Source: the human T2T-CHM13v2.0 reference genome, Homo sapiens
Strand: one strand, 5' to 3'
Length of the DNA stretch: 64,000 nt
NCBI RefSeq assembly: GCF_009914755.1
Contig: NC_060941.1
Position 1 is the first letter of the stretch. Each line of letters begins with the position of its first letter. The notes beneath the pieces were generated by a model. It saw only the letters and a list, made by a program, of their open reading frames with translations, was not told the DNA's origin and did no database searches. The position numbers were made by a program, and so were the translations under genes. Of this stretch, positions 1-63,891 are shown piece by piece.

Positions 1-125
1 GAGATGGGAGGATCGCTTGAGCCCAATAGGTCAAGGCTGCAGTGGGCCCTGATCGTGCCACCATACTCCAGCCTGGGCAACAAAGAGAGACCCTTTCTCA
101 AAAAAAAAAAAAAAAAAGAAAAGAA
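1..125 (+). mobile_element. Alu 3' portion (old, AluJ-like)
   Basis: Right-arm sequence followed by A tail. Confidence 0.85.
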
Positions 126-294
126 AAGTTTTCACCAAGGCTAAAGAACTAAAAAAGTAAATGGCACACAGATGCCTCATGCTCTAGACTCAGCCCAAAT
201 CTCCAGTCATTCCCAGTCTTTCACTACACATTCCAGTAAGGCAAAACTGCTCATAGGTCCCCCAATATGCTGATTCACCCCGCCACACTTTCAC

Positions 295-530
295 ACAGGA
301 GTATAGTTTGTTGGTTAAAAGCTTGAACACTGGAATCAGTCAGGCCTGGATTTAAATCCCAGTTCCATCTCTTACTAGCTGTGTGACCTTGCACAAGTTA
401 AATTCTCTAAGGCTCAGTTTCTTCATTTATAAAATGGGGATCATATCATTAGAAAGGATTAAATGAGGCAACACATATAAAATGCTTCACCTAGTTTCTG
501 GCACACAGCGAGCAACAACTATCAGCTATC
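295..530 (+). mobile_element. MIR SINE
   Basis: Core ...ggatttaaatcccagttcc...tactagctgtgtgaccttgcacaagt...ctcagtttcttcatttataaaatgggg. Confidence 0.75.
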
Positions 531-753
531 CTTATACTGTCTCATGCTATTAACTTTGCCTGAAATTCTCTCCCTCCTTTTCCCACTTAACCTGAATTCC
601 TACACATCCTTTAAAAATCCGACTTAAGAATTACATCTCTCAAAACTTTCTCTGCCTTTCTTTCCTCCCAGATGGTTAATACTCTTTACTAAGTGCAATC
701 TCTGTTTCTTGTATACTTCTACTGTAATTTATTTTATCTTTCTCCCCTACCTA

Positions 754-1192
<439 letters not shown>

Positions 1193-1441
1193 TTAATTTC
1201 AAACTCTGTGTTCTTTCCACTATATCCCACCTCTTCCCCTATACCCTGATGGGCATCAACTGCTTCCGATTAGGTAGCCTGTCTTACGAGTAAAATTGCT
1301 ATTTAGTGACTGTGAATTTGAAAGTAGTTTTTTTCTGACCAAACACACTGTTCATTCAGAGGTCTTTCAACAGTAAGTTTTTAACTGCGTTTATGGTACA
1401 CCCCCGCTCCTCCCACCCAACTCAGCTCTGAACTGAGCTCA

Positions 1442-2420
<979 letters not shown>

Positions 2421-2744
2421 TCAAGAGCGCAACCTCTGCAGTCCTTAAATACTAGCTGGGCAACTACAGGCAGCTCCGAGGCTCATCTGAAAATGGAGAT
2501 ATTTACATAAATGAGGCCGTTCTTGTAAGGAGCCTGGCACACGGAAAGCCCTCAACGTCAACTGTCACGGTCTTATTATCCTTATCGTAGAACTCCTCTT
2601 AGGGTGCCCTCTCCTCAAAGCCTCAAACACGGAGGTAGCAAGCTAGTATGTTTTAGCACAATTGGCTCTCTCGCTATTTTAAAATACGTTTTAATTCATT
2701 TCCAACTTGGAAAACTCAGAATACTTCACTTAAAAATCTTGAAA

Positions 2745-2960
2745 AGTCATGAGCCCAGACTCTAGATGCTGATCACTGCGGTTCAAATCCTGGCTTCATC
2801 ACTTATTAGGTGAGTGATCGTGAGAAGATCGTTCTGTGCCTATCTGTGCCTGTTTTCTCTATTAAAATAGGGATGATAGTAATAGTACCTACTTTATAGA
2901 GTTGTATGAAATGTGTCAGTACATATAAAGTGATTAGAACAGGGTTGGTGCTATGTGCAA
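2745..2960 (+). mobile_element. MIR SINE
   Basis: ggttcaaatcctggcttcatcacttattag...tgtgcctgttttctctattaaaatagggatgatagtaatagtacc. Confidence 0.7.
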
Positions 2961-3757
2961 GCTATTTTTGTTATTATAAAGTCAGGCCACACAGGGTGGA
3001 GCATTTGTAGCCTCCCCAGTTGACACAGAACACACGCAGCTTGTTATCTCTTCTTTTTATCTGCTTAGACCCAGGTTCTCAGCCTACCTCACAACCCAGC
3101 CCAGTGGTTAAAGTTCAGCATCAGGCCTCACCAGAGCTGTCCTTACCCAGACCCTCCAATTGGCTCCCTTTGTGCCCACTTCTACCCCAAATGAAAATGG
3201 GCCATAGCCCTTGGCAACCTCCTAGATGCCCTGCTCAGCCCTGGCAGCCCGCAGAGCCTTGGTTTTCCTCTTTGGGCGGGAGTCCAGGTGCTCGCTTGCC
3301 CTTACTGGTGTGGCTCACCCTAGTGGAAGGTACCAGGTCCCAGCTGGGCTTAACACTGCGAGATGGGAGAGACTCCCACCCACTCTTATCCCAGCCTGTC
3401 TTGCTGCCTCCCTGCTTTGAGCCTTGCACAAATCTGCCTTCAGGAGTTGCCAGTTTGGCCTCACTCCATACTTCTGTAGCTGCAGCCCAGTGCCACTGAT
3501 GTGGCAGTCCCTAGAAGACTTGCAGTCTTCCTCATTGCCCCACTCCAGACTTGGACATCAAGAGAGCAAGAGCCTGAGCTGGGGATGGTGACTGCATGTG
3601 CCCTTCCTCCATAACTTGAAGCCCAGTAAGACTCAAATCCCACCCTCTCCACCTCCAGAGTCAGAGGGCCCAGAGATAGAATTAGCAGAGATCAGAAACT
3701 GGGAGGTGGGAATTTGATGTGTAAAACAGACAGGCAAAGTAGAATGTTTTGCTACCA

Positions 3758-3763
3758 TTTATT
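3758..3763 (-). terminator. ALDOC poly(A) signal AATAAA
   Basis: tttatt on + strand ~390 nt downstream of the ALDOC stop. Confidence 0.8.
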
Positions 3764-4150
3764 TGCTGTATGGTATGTACTCAAGGCATGAGTCAGGGCT
3801 TCTGTACTACCCTCTGATCCCAGGAGACAGGGCAGGCAAGAAGGAGAGCCCAGGGAGAAGCTACCTCATCATGGGAAAATTGTGGGAGCTGGAAGAGGTA
3901 GGGGGAGACCCAGCCATCCTGTTCTGACTTCTAGCAATTTCTTCTGCCCTCAGTCATGAGGGGCTCCCTATCCTCCCATCCTATGGTCCCAGGTGCAGCA
4001 ATGAGAGAGGGGAAGGGAAGAGAGAAAGGAAGACAAGTTGGTGCCAGGTGAAGGCATCTCTGCTCTGCATAGCTATTTGGCCCTGGCCATGACTACAAGC
4101 AAAAGTGGGTGCAGATGGCTGGGCCAAGGGCTGTGGTATGGAGTGGATAC

Positions 4151-6157
4151 TCAGTAGGCATGGTTGGCAATGTAGAGTGACTGTGCTGCTGCTCCACCAT
4201 CTTCTCCACTGCCTTCATACTTGCCCTGGGCTGCAAGCCCATTCACCTGCAAAAGGGAGCGTGGAGTAAGCAGGCTGAGCCAGCCCACAGGTGCCAAGCC
4301 CTGCCCAGGCTATAGCCTCTGGGTGCTGCCCCCACCCACCACCACCTGTAGCTCCCAACCTCAGCCCGCTTGATGAACTCCTCAGTGGCAGCCCCAGCAT
4401 TGTCCCGTTGCCCTCGCCAGGCATTGAGTGCAGAGGCTTGCAGGGCACGCCCATAGGAGAAGGTAAGCGCCCAGGGTCGGGGAAGGGGGCAGCGGTTGAT
4501 GGCATTGAGGTTGAATGATGCCTCTTCTTCGCTCTGACCCCCAGACAGGAAGGTCACTCCTAGTGTGGAGGAGAGAAGACAAACTGACTGGTCACTCCCA
4601 ATTTTTCCAGGATAGGGAACCCCTGAAGGCCACAAGAAGGACCTGAAGATGGGCCTTAGGGATAGGAGCAGGTTAGGGAGCTGGGTAGTACCTGGGACAG
4701 CTGGGGGCACAGTGCGACGCAGGGCAGTGACAGTTGCCATGGCAATCTCCTCTGGGGTATACTTGATGGGACAGGCATGGCCCGGGGTCACCATGTTGGG
4801 CTTGAGCAGGGTCCCCTCCAGGTATACATGATGGTCACTCAGGGCCTTGTACACAGCAGCCAAGACCTGGGTGGGGATTAGAGGAGGTTTACTAAGGGTC
4901 TGGGCCCCCACTGGTTACTGCTCGATGCTCCCTATGTAGGGGTAGATGGGCACAGACTGTGAGGGCTCAGTACAGGCTCAGATCACAGGCCTGTGCCGGG
5001 ATGAAGTGAAAAAGTGCTAGGGGAAAGTGTGCCTGGATCTAAGCTGGGGGTTCTGGGGAACAGACACTCCTGCCGAGCTGTCCCTGCAGTATGTTTGTGT
5101 GCCCAGGTGTGGACTCACCTTCTCTGTAACATACTGACAACGTTTGAGGTCGTGGTCTCCATCAGGCAATATTTCAGGTTCCACAATAGGCACAATGCCA
5201 TTCTGCAGGCAAGAGCAGAGATGCTTGGGAGGGGCAGTAGGGGAGATGAAGAAAGCCTTGTGACTCTCTCCCCACCAGGCATACAGGGCACCTAGCTCAC
5301 CACCCTCCCAACACACACACCTGCTGGCAGATACTGGCATAACGGGCCAGCACGTTGGCGTTCTCCAGAATGGCAAGTGCAGAGGGTGTACGCTCACTGA
5401 TTTTCAGCACACAGCGCCACTTGGCAAAGTCAGCACCATCCTTCTTGTATTGGGCACAGCGTTCTGAGAGCCCATCCAGCCCTGCAAGCACAGTGCCAAC
5501 CTCATTACTCTGCCCCTCTTTTACCAGCATCAACTATCTAACACCTCTTTGGTCCTCAAGCCCACCCATCCTATACCTTGAGTGGTGGTTTCTCCATCAG
5601 TCCCAGCTAGAGGCACCACACCCTTGTCAACCTGTAGAGGAAGTACAAGCAGAGGGTTGAATCCAGGCAGGATTCTCCTTGCTACCCCTCCTACACAAGC
5701 TTATTTTCACACCCAGCTTCCATTCAGAGCAGGGCCAGGGGCTGCACCTTGATGCCCACGACGATGCCCTTATCCTGGATGGTTCGGACGAAGGGAACAC
5801 CATTATCATCTTTCTGGTAGAGGGTCTCATGGAAGAAAATGACGCCTCCAATGCACTTTTTCACACGGTCATCAGCACTGAACAGGACCTGGCGGTACAG
5901 CCGGCGGTTCTCCTCTGTGTTTTCCACCCCAATTTGGCTCAGCCGCTTGGCCATGCTGCCTAGGGGCAAACAAAGAGAGGCAGTGAGAACATCCCCAGGG
6001 TCCCCTAGCCACCTGTACCCTACCTGGCTACAGATGTCCACTTACCTACAGACTCATCCGCAGCCAGAATGCCTTTGCCCGGGGCTACAATCCGCAGGGC
6101 AATGTCAGACAACTCCTTCTTCTGCTCAGCAGAAAGGGCTGGGTACGAGTGAGGCAT
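4151..6157 (-). CDS. ALDOC: Fructose-bisphosphate aldolase C, 364 aa, 8 coding exons
   Basis: Coding exons 6157-6046, 5959-5748, 5631-5577, 5481-5321, 5202-5119, 4866-4692, 4559-4360, 4246-4151 sum to 1095 nt. Protein runs [36 protein letters not shown]...[10 protein letters not shown] (Schiff-base Lys)...YIANHAY*. All introns GT-AG. Confidence 0.98.
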
Positions 6158-7425
6158 GGTGACAGCTCCCTGGAGTGGAGACAAGATAAAAAAGCCAGAC
6201 CTCACCCTCTGCTGCCTCTCCTGGCCAGATGGGCCAAATGGCCTCCCCATCAAGCAAGGGGCTGGGAACAGGGCAGCAGTCCTTGGCATGAGTCCTGGGC
6301 ATCAAGTGGCACCAGTCCTTCTGACAGCTAGCAAGCTTAGGGCTCCAGTTCCCACATCTCCTTTTGTCCCTGGTAGGCATCCTTCCCAGCCCTGGGGAAA
6401 GATGCAGGGTGGGGGTGGGGAGGTGAGCAGCCCTGAAGCCACAGCTCTTCTGATAAATCTGCTGCCCAATCAAGGATGCCAACCCTTCTTTCACTGAACT
6501 TGGTCCCTTGTTGAGGTAGGCAAAAGTCCTGGCCTTTCCAGCTTCCCTTTTCTCATCCTCCACAGGACCCCTAGGGAAAGTGTACTTACTTCCAAGGCTT
6601 CAGAATGAGGCAAAAGTACTTATTGCCACCCTCTTCTCTCAGCTTCTAGAGGAAAAGGTTGGAAGAACAGGTAGGGAGTAGGAGTGGCACAAATACCAGT
6701 CACAGGCTCCTGCAGCTTCTCCTTTTCTGTACTCCAAACCTGCCTGCCTATGCCTATTGCCTATTCCCACCCAGTACCAGAGGTTGGCCCCAGTGGGGCT
6801 GCAGTGATGTAGGAAAGAGGGCCCAGCGGGTCAGCTGTGTTAGTGTGTGGAGACTAGGGCTAGTGACACCTCCGGGTCATCTCTGTGCCCAGGAAGCACT
6901 TCACCTGTTTGGCAGGAGGATAGCAATAGGAAGCACTTCAATTCCCCACAACTCAGACACCCAGACGGGAGGGCAGAGGACCAAGGCTGAAAGGAGTAGA
7001 GAGCCTGAGAGAGAGATGAGACTGAGGGGAGCTAGTGGTGATGCAGGCTAACCAGTCAGCGGGAGAGACCTAGACCGGGGGGCAGAGAAGGCGGGAGAAC
7101 TGGAGAGAGGACCTAGCCTAGGAGGAGAGGGAGCAGGCTGAGAAGGAAATGCTCTGGGTAGGAGAGACAGACTCCAAGGAAAAATCCAACAAGTAGAGGA
7201 GGATTTGGGATTGGAAAAGCTGAGGTCCAGCTGGGAGAGCTGAAGAGGGATAGAACAGAAGAGGTTGAGCCATGGGGTTTCAAGTACGCGGAAAGGAGCA
7301 AAGATGTTAGGAAAGGGTCGAAAGGGCACATCCCGGAGTCCCAGGTAGCAGGACGAGGATGGCAGGGGAAGAGCCAAGGAAATGAAGCGGAGATGTTGAG
7401 TGGCTCCCGCCTTGCCTGGCCTTAC

Positions 7426-7530
7426 CTGTGCGCAGCCAGTTAGCAGCCGCAGCCACAAGCACAGCTCGGGTTCTGATCCGCAAACAGATGAGGCTGCAGC
7501 CCTGGCTCCCTCTGGTAAATGAGGCTGCGG
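7426..7530 (-). other. ALDOC: ALDOC non-coding exon 1 (5' end approximate)
   Basis: Donor CAG|gtaagg at 7426/7425; acceptor of exon 2 at 6169, 12 nt upstream of the ATG; lies just downstream of a GC-box cluster. Confidence 0.8.
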
Positions 7531-7770
7531 ATGTCGCAGAGCTACGTGACTCCTCCGGGGGCGTGGCCTGCATGCCCCGCCCTGACCACACCCCCTCCCC
7601 AGGACTGGTGTCCGGGGCAAGACCACGCCCTCAGAGGCGGGGCGGCGAGGTGGAGTGAGCGCCCCGCCAGGCATCCGTGGCTGTTAGGGACTGCCCTCCC
7701 ACCTCGGGGAGCCTGGCCATGACCTTGCGTTCATTTCTGCCACAATCCCTTTACCACGTGCCGGGCACTT
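7500..7770 (-). promoter_or_regulatory. ALDOC TATA-less GC-box promoter with HRE-like TACGTG and CACGTG
   Basis: GC boxes ggggcgtggc ~7557, ccccgccc ~7575, ggcggggcgg ~7636; TACGTG 7543-7548; CACGTG 7755-7760; local CpG enrichment. Confidence 0.65.
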
Positions 7771-8212
7771 GCTGGATGCTGGGGATTAAGCTTAGTCTGG
7801 TGAAGAGGAGGCACCAGAACAGTAACAACAGGTTGAGTAGGTGGGGCAGAAGCATCTTCAAGGTGCCCAAGTTCAGGGCAGGAAGTAATGAACTGAGCTT
7901 CTCTGTCCTCACCCCCATATTTGCCAGGGTATACCCCCGAGGGGGCTGGGGAAAGTAAGAGAATGAAGCCTTTCTGTTTCCTCCAGGCGGTGAGCCAGGG
8001 AACAAGCAGTCCAGTGCCCAGAGTTTTGGTGAAAGCAGAGGAAGGGAGGAAGGGCAGGCAGCCTTGGCTTTGGATGCAGCAGGAGGTGGAGAGGGATCTA
8101 TGGAGGGTGCCCAGGCAGGAGGCCCAAGCTGCTTCTTCCCTGACTTCATCATCCGCCCCCTCTCACCCAAAAAGTAAGATTCCGTAAGCTTGGAGAAATT
8201 CATTAAATACAC

Positions 8213-8218
8213 TTTATT
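8213..8218 (-). terminator. SPAG5 poly(A) signal AATAAA
   Basis: tttatt ~105 nt after the stop codon; very short 3' UTR. Confidence 0.8.
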
Positions 8219-8323
8219 TAAATAGCATTTATCTCAGTTGGCTCTATGCCAGTTGGTCTTGGTATTGGGGTAAGGGGGTATTGCAGGTAAAAAGAGGTGA
8301 AGCAGATTCTGGCTTTCAGTTTC

Positions 8324-29571
<21,248 letters not shown>

Positions 29572-30644
29572 CTTCAACCAGAAGGCAGGCCTATCACGTC
29601 TCAGACCAAGTCGAGGACGCCATGTTCACCCGCCGTCTGTGTTTGAACCTGCTCTGCGCTTCCTGGTTGGCTGCTTCAGGCGCGCGCGTACGCTCGGGGG
29701 TAGAGCCCGGGGGGCGGGGCCCGCGTTGACCACGCCCCCGGCCCTGCCTGCCCCTCCGTTGTCGAGCGTTTTCCGCTGACGGAGCCCTCACCTCAGACAC
29801 CGGCGGTAGGGCTGGATGCGGGCCCGGCCCAGGACCGGTCTTCTGTCCTCACACCGGGGAGGACCACGCAGGTAGCTGGAGAGTCCAGGAGTCCATCCCT
29901 CCTGCTTCCAGCGGACCTCCTCACATCCATGGTGTTCATATCCAAGTTGTCTCCGTGGATGGAGAAGAGGAATCCTCTCCCTAGGTCTCCCTCAGTCCTC
30001 TCCAGCCGCAGCCTTGACGGGAAAGAGCCGGCCAGGGAGTCTAGAAGCCGAAGCGGTGCCGAGCGGCTTCCCTAGGCTTGGTGGGCCCGCGTCCGGGACG
30101 GCCCGGGCCGTGGTTCTCGACCTGGGCTGTAATGTCTCCAGAGTTTCTGGGCTTTTCCTGGGACTTACTCAGGCCGGCTACCAGTTTACTGGGCTAACCG
30201 CCTACATGTATTGAACATTGAGTGTGTGCCTGGCGCTATGCCGAATGCCGTGTAGTAGCTCATTTAATGCGCATAAGGACCTACGTAGTGAGAAATACTA
30301 TAAATATCCCCATTTGTGACAGGAAGGAGCTGAGTCAGAGAGACCGTGTGTAATTTGCTCAGCGTCACACAGATAGTAAACGGCAGAGCCGCTCTTCCTC
30401 CCTGTCCCGCCAGCTCCTGCCTTCTGCTGTCTTGGATCTCCTATGCACGGGAAACCTGTTGAAGGTAGGACAGCCGAAAGGTCAGTATTCAGAGTGAGCC
30501 GTTTGCGAAGGTGTGTGTGCTTTGCACACTCACGGCGCCCTGTTTACACTCTGCAAGTCTTAATACATAGGGGGAAAGCAGCAGTCCAAAGAGGAGGAAC
30601 TATGATGTTATAAACTGCAGCGTCCTCAGGGACGGGCTCCTCTA

Positions 30645-33815
<3,171 letters not shown>

Positions 33816-33986
33816 GGAATTTTTTTAATTTTAATTTTTAATTTTTGTGAGTATATAGGTGTATATATTAAGTGAATTTCATGTGAATATGTAAAAGGTA
33901 TAAGTCAGTGACTCTGAATGGAGGTGGAGGGAAGAGGAGGAGAAAATGCCTTCCAGAGATAATCACATCAGAACTGGATGAAAGAG

Positions 33987-40792
<6,806 letters not shown>

Positions 40793-41201
40793 TTCATATT
40801 GCTTCTGACAAGCCTATTAAACACATCAATAGCACCCTGGGAGCCCATGAAGTATTATTATTGCTCAAGAAAGGAAACATGGCAGAGAAACAAGCAGAAG
40901 CAGCTCTGGCTGACAGCCTGAGGGTAAAGAGCACTGGAGAAGTAAAGAAAAGGAAAAGGTCACCACCCTGATCTGACATGTTGAATTGAGAGGTAGGTTG
41001 TATGATAGGGAAGGAATAGGGCCAGCTGTGGCTGCCAGTAGCAGAATGTCCAGGTTGGAACTCTGGTCTAAAGCCTAGGAGAGCAGAACGGTAAGAGGCT
41101 ACAAAATAAAAACAAACTGGATTATCAAGGTGGTCATACTGAGTAGGCAGGGATGGAGATCTTCAGGCTCCCAGCCGGGCCCCAATTTACAGTAGAGAGG
41201 C

Positions 41202-44200
41202 TCAAGCAGGGATAGGGTAGAGCAAGAAGGACTCCAGATCACAGTCAAAGTCGTCAAAGGGCATGGTCTCCGCTGAACTGGGCTGGGTAGCTTGTGTCTC
41301 CGTGACAAAGTTCACTGGCTGCTTCTGTAGGAGCTCTGGGTCGAAGGCCACACCCCGAAAGAAAGGGTGGACCTGGAAGTGATGCAGATAACGTAGACGA
41401 TGGAGGGGGTTCTGGCATAAGAGCTGAAGGAAAATAGAGCATGAAGGATGAGTGACTAGGACAGGACAGGCCTGAACAGAAAGGATGGAAAAGAAGAAAG
41501 AAGTTCATGGAGCTGTGGAGGGTAGGAATAAGAACCCTGAAGAGTAGATGATTTGTAAAAGAGGGAGAAATAGAGGCTAATTTGGGGCAAAGGTGGGAAT
41601 AAGGAGCTGTGCTTGTGAGTTTTCAGATGAGTGTACAGTGTTCCACTCTCTCAGAAGGGACCTCTCTGTTCTAGATGGGGAGGAGATTTGGGGGACCAGG
41701 AACTTAGGAATGTGACTCAGTACAGCTTAGATGGCAAGTAGTTAGGTAGTTAAGTTGGAGCCCCCTCAAAAAAACTGATGAGAGGAATGGGGAAAAATCA
41801 CTTTAATGAAGGCAGGAGAGCATTAATGGTTTCGTAGCCAAGAAGGAAAGCAGTGCTCATCCTTACCTCATGGAGCAGGAGTGAGAGGCCCTGGTTAAGA
41901 GAAGCTGGGATCTCAGAGTCACTGTGGGTCACACTTGCCAACATGGCCACATGATCTCTCTCTGCAGCCACTGGAAACTGAGTTAAGAGGTAGGGAGTGG
42001 AGGTAGGGGTAGGGGTTCATTCCTTAGTAGGAATACGGCAAGATTTCCTAAGGTCTTCCTTCTTCCCACCACAAGGCAAAGCTCTTCTCTGCCCAAAACT
42101 ACTACTATTCTCTCACCTTTCCAGTCGCCAGAGAGAAAAGCAAGACACCCAGGGACCACCAATCAGCAGCATGGTTGTAAGGTCCTCCACTTAGGACCTC
42201 TGGGGCTACAGATTTCAAAGATACTCATCACAGACATCCTTTAGCTATCCTCCTGCCCAATGCTTACCCATCAGCTTTAACCTCTCTCACCCATGTACTG
42301 AAGAGTGCCACAGATAGTGTAGGCTTGAGCTCCCTGGGGCACGTGGCGGGACAGACCAAAGTCTGTCAGTTTCAGATGGCCTATGAAAGAAGGTAAGGCA
42401 ACTGCACCACTGTTCCACCCATCATCAGCCATGATTTATTCCCAAACCAAAGTACCTCTCATCCTGGGGCTAAGGAAGGAAAAAGACTTACCTCGTTCAT
42501 CTAGAAGAATATTCTCCATCTGAAAGATCACAGGTGAGAAGTAATTCTTCCTCTTCCTTTCAACTCTCTTTCATCATGTATACACCCCAGCTGAAGGTGA
42601 TGCCCTACTCAGCACTCAAATCTATACTCAGAGAGCCCTTCCCCAAATCCTTGGCACCCATGGGGGCCCCAATGTCTACAGTTCTCAGCTCCCTAACTTC
42701 TTGGACTTGTTGGCACTTCTTATTGAGACTCTTTCTCAGACAAAGGGAAAAAAGCACTTAACTCTACCTTCACATCTCGATGCATGATGCCCAAGTCATG
42801 GAGATAACCTGTGGATAACAAGTATGGGGTATGCTGCAGCTTTTCTGTCCTTTCCAGTTTCCCTAGTAGCCCTCATCCCATCCCTATCCTATTCTTTAAC
42901 TTCCATTATTAATATTAATTTTTTACTCTCCTTCTTCCGAACTTAAATCTTCCCTCCCCATTTCCTTTACCACTGTTTCACTTACACAGTACCAGCACCA
43001 ACTCGGCAGCAAAGAGACGGATGGAAGCCTCAGGAAAGCAGCCAACAGCCGACCAAAGGGAGTACAGATCTGTGCTGCAGTAGCTACACACTGCAAAGCC
43101 AGTGTGGAGCTACATACATTGCCAGAAGTCTAGGCAATGTTTGGGAGCTGCAATGCCTGGGCTCAAGGCATTGTAGGCCTCCTGCCCAAACTGATACCAC
43201 CTGCTGTTCCCCTCCCTTTGGGACAGAGAGGTGCCATGAGAAGGGGGACAGAGCAAAGGCAGAACAAGCCAAAGAGGTAATCTCAGGTGGGGAACATGGT
43301 ACAAAGACCCTGGGGGATGAGGAGAGAGTCCAGTCACTCACTAATGAAAAGGTGCCGTTTTCCCTGCCAGCTGTCCCCCAAGCTGTGTACAAAGGGATGG
43401 TTGATCTGTCGCTAGGAACAAAGAAAACAGGAAGTTAGGGAGGAACAGGGTCATTGAGAATAAAGGCAGCTGAGAAATCAGGTTTTACCCAGATGTGCAG
43501 AGGGGGAACTGCTGCCTCACCTCTCAGTTCAGAGGAACTCAATATTTGGAACTGACTATCTGGTAATCCTAGAACCAGCAAATACTAAGGAATACACTGG
43601 GACATGCTTCAGAGATTTCCCTAGTAGGACATGGGAAAACTGTGTTGAGAGCTGATACTTTTCCCAGGATCTACTTTAGTGTTAAACTAGGCTGAAGCAG
43701 ATGGATGAGGCAGAACCAGGAAAAGAAGGTGGGCAAGAAAGGTACTTTCCCTACCTGTGGCCTAGCTCTTCCCACAATCCTTTCCAGGACTCTGTGCATA
43801 CCTGGATGCTAACCTCCTCTTTGCACTGCCTCACGGTATCCCTCTGTAGGACCTTTACCTTGGGCACCACCTATAAAAGGAGAGTAGTGATGACTCATAG
43901 ATAGTGCTATTGAATTGTTTATTCCTCCCAACCTCTCTGGAATCAAGATTGGAAACAGAGACTAATGTGGTATCTACGCCCCTACCTTCACTGCAAATAC
44001 AGCTTTCTGGGTGCAATCTAGCACCTTGAGGACAGTTCCAAAGGAGCCTTTAGCCACGAGGCCTAAAATCTGTACAGAGGAATGGAGAACAGGCCAGTTG
44101 AGACTGGTCATTTTTAACTTCTCCCAAAGACTGAGACCCCACTCAGGGATTCCACTGACTTACCTTCAGCTGCTGCTGCCCCCTAATGGGCCTAATGGGA

Positions 44201-44885
44201 AACTCTGGTAGAAAGAGGTTGATGAACTGAGGCACTGGCCACTCTGGCAGAGGCTTCTCTACCAGTACTGGGGCTGGCTTTAGGGATTCCTGGTGCAGAT
44301 AGTGGTGCCCCCGTAGTTCCCAGAGTTCTTCCAGATCTGACCTGATGGTTCCCAAACCTGTCCAGAGGCTCTTCCAGCCTCGGGCCCAGGGACCCCGGAT
44401 GTTGCCACCCTGCTGAGAACCAAGGGAGCCACTCTAAACTTTCTGCTCCTGAGGCATAGCAGGTTCCACCCATCTTACTAGGCACTCCCTCCCCTTAAGT
44501 CTCAACCCCTAGAGGTACATTTTTGAGCATGAGGCAAAATTCCCATTACCCTTGCTTTGTGCTAAGCCCCAGATTTCCTGGGCACAATTCAAATCCTCTA
44601 GGAAAATAATTGTTGGACATTTTCACCATGACGCATTAAGAGTACAGCCTGCACCTCAGTATTGGGCTGTGATGCTTTCATAGTACAGCCTCCCTGCCCC
44701 ACCCCCACATTGGGTAATCACTTCCATGCTCCTAACCAGGAACTTCCCAGGACTCAAGCCCATGTCTCCCTCTCCTCCCCTCAGTAGGCTGCCAGAGCCC
44801 CACAGCCTACCTTGTGAGGGACAGCCACCCGGGTGTGTTCCCCCTGCTGGGTGTGCTGCCCCTGCCGACAGCTTACTGCTCCCAT
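41202..44885 (-). CDS. RSKR: Ribosomal protein S6 kinase-related AGC-type Ser/Thr kinase (SGK494), 410 aa, 12 exons
   Basis: Exons 44885-44811, 44412-44164, 44069-43986, 43870-43802, 43411-43342, 43090-42986, 42808-42768, 42519-42492, 42380-42291, 42205-42117, 41977-41867, 41423-41202 sum to 1233 nt. Motifs AKGSFG, FAVK, HRDVKMEN, DFG, CGTLQYMAPE, DWWSLG and C-terminal FDDF are intact. Confidence 0.93.
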
Positions 44886-45787
44886 TCCCAGCCTCTGCCT
44901 CCTCTCTCTGCTAAATCTGCTGTCCCAGTTATATAAGCAATTCCTCTCCCTGATGCTGCGTGACACGAGCCCCGCCTCTTCCAGTCTGCAGAAACCCATC
45001 AGCATGGGGCCAGAGTCACACTAGGACTAGAAATTTCTGTGATACAGCTTCAGGGCAGAGGAAGGAAGGGGCCACCCTCAGAGTGGCAGCTGCAGGATGT
45101 TCTGGGTTGATGAGGGAGGAATACACAGATTGAATGCATGCACTCAACACACACACACAAAAATGAGCATCAAATTTAAAATATCTTTTTTTTTCTCTTT
45201 AAATCATTTTGCCATTCTCCAGGGTATATCCTACGGGGAAGGGTAGGGGACCCATGGCCAGCCCTGGCTCCTACTGCCATCCTCCCAAGTGAACTTAGCA
45301 CAGAGACTGGGGAGGGGTTGACCCCCACTCCAGAACACCAATACCTCTTTCAAACATGACAGTGGAGTGAGGATCAGAGGATCAGCCCCCTCCCGTTTCC
45401 TGGCACAGAGGAAGGACAGTTACACTTAGAAATATATATATAATATATATATATTTATATATGTCTATAAAAATTTATCACACTTGATCAGGACTATCCC
45501 CCTACCCTTTCACTTGACCCCAAGGGAATAGGGTCCTGCCCTGGGCCCATTCCCTGGGTCTTGCTCTCTTGTTGCCTCTCTGGCCCTGAGCCTGATCAGT
45601 GTGAGACAGAACTCAGCATTACTGTCCACCATGCCCTGCAGCGAACAGACCAGGTGCTGAAGAGTGATGCCTATGGGCTCTGACACCCACAAATCCTCGT
45701 GGATAACGGGAAGCCCCTCCCACCCCACAAGTCCCTGGAGCCTGAGCCAGAGTCAGATCCTGTACTGCAGCCACTCGAATCGCCAAA

Positions 45788-63891
<18,104 letters not shown>

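Noticed and set aside
3020-3499. 159-aa + strand ORF between ALDOC and PIGS
   Set aside because: Non-ATG start, no recognisable domain or splice structure; likely a chance ORF.
7048-7674. 208-aa ORF over the ALDOC promoter/intron 1 and its 136-aa twin at 11930-12340
   Set aside because: Low-complexity Pro/Ser/Leu translation of non-coding sequence; the match between the two only reflects the DNA duplication.
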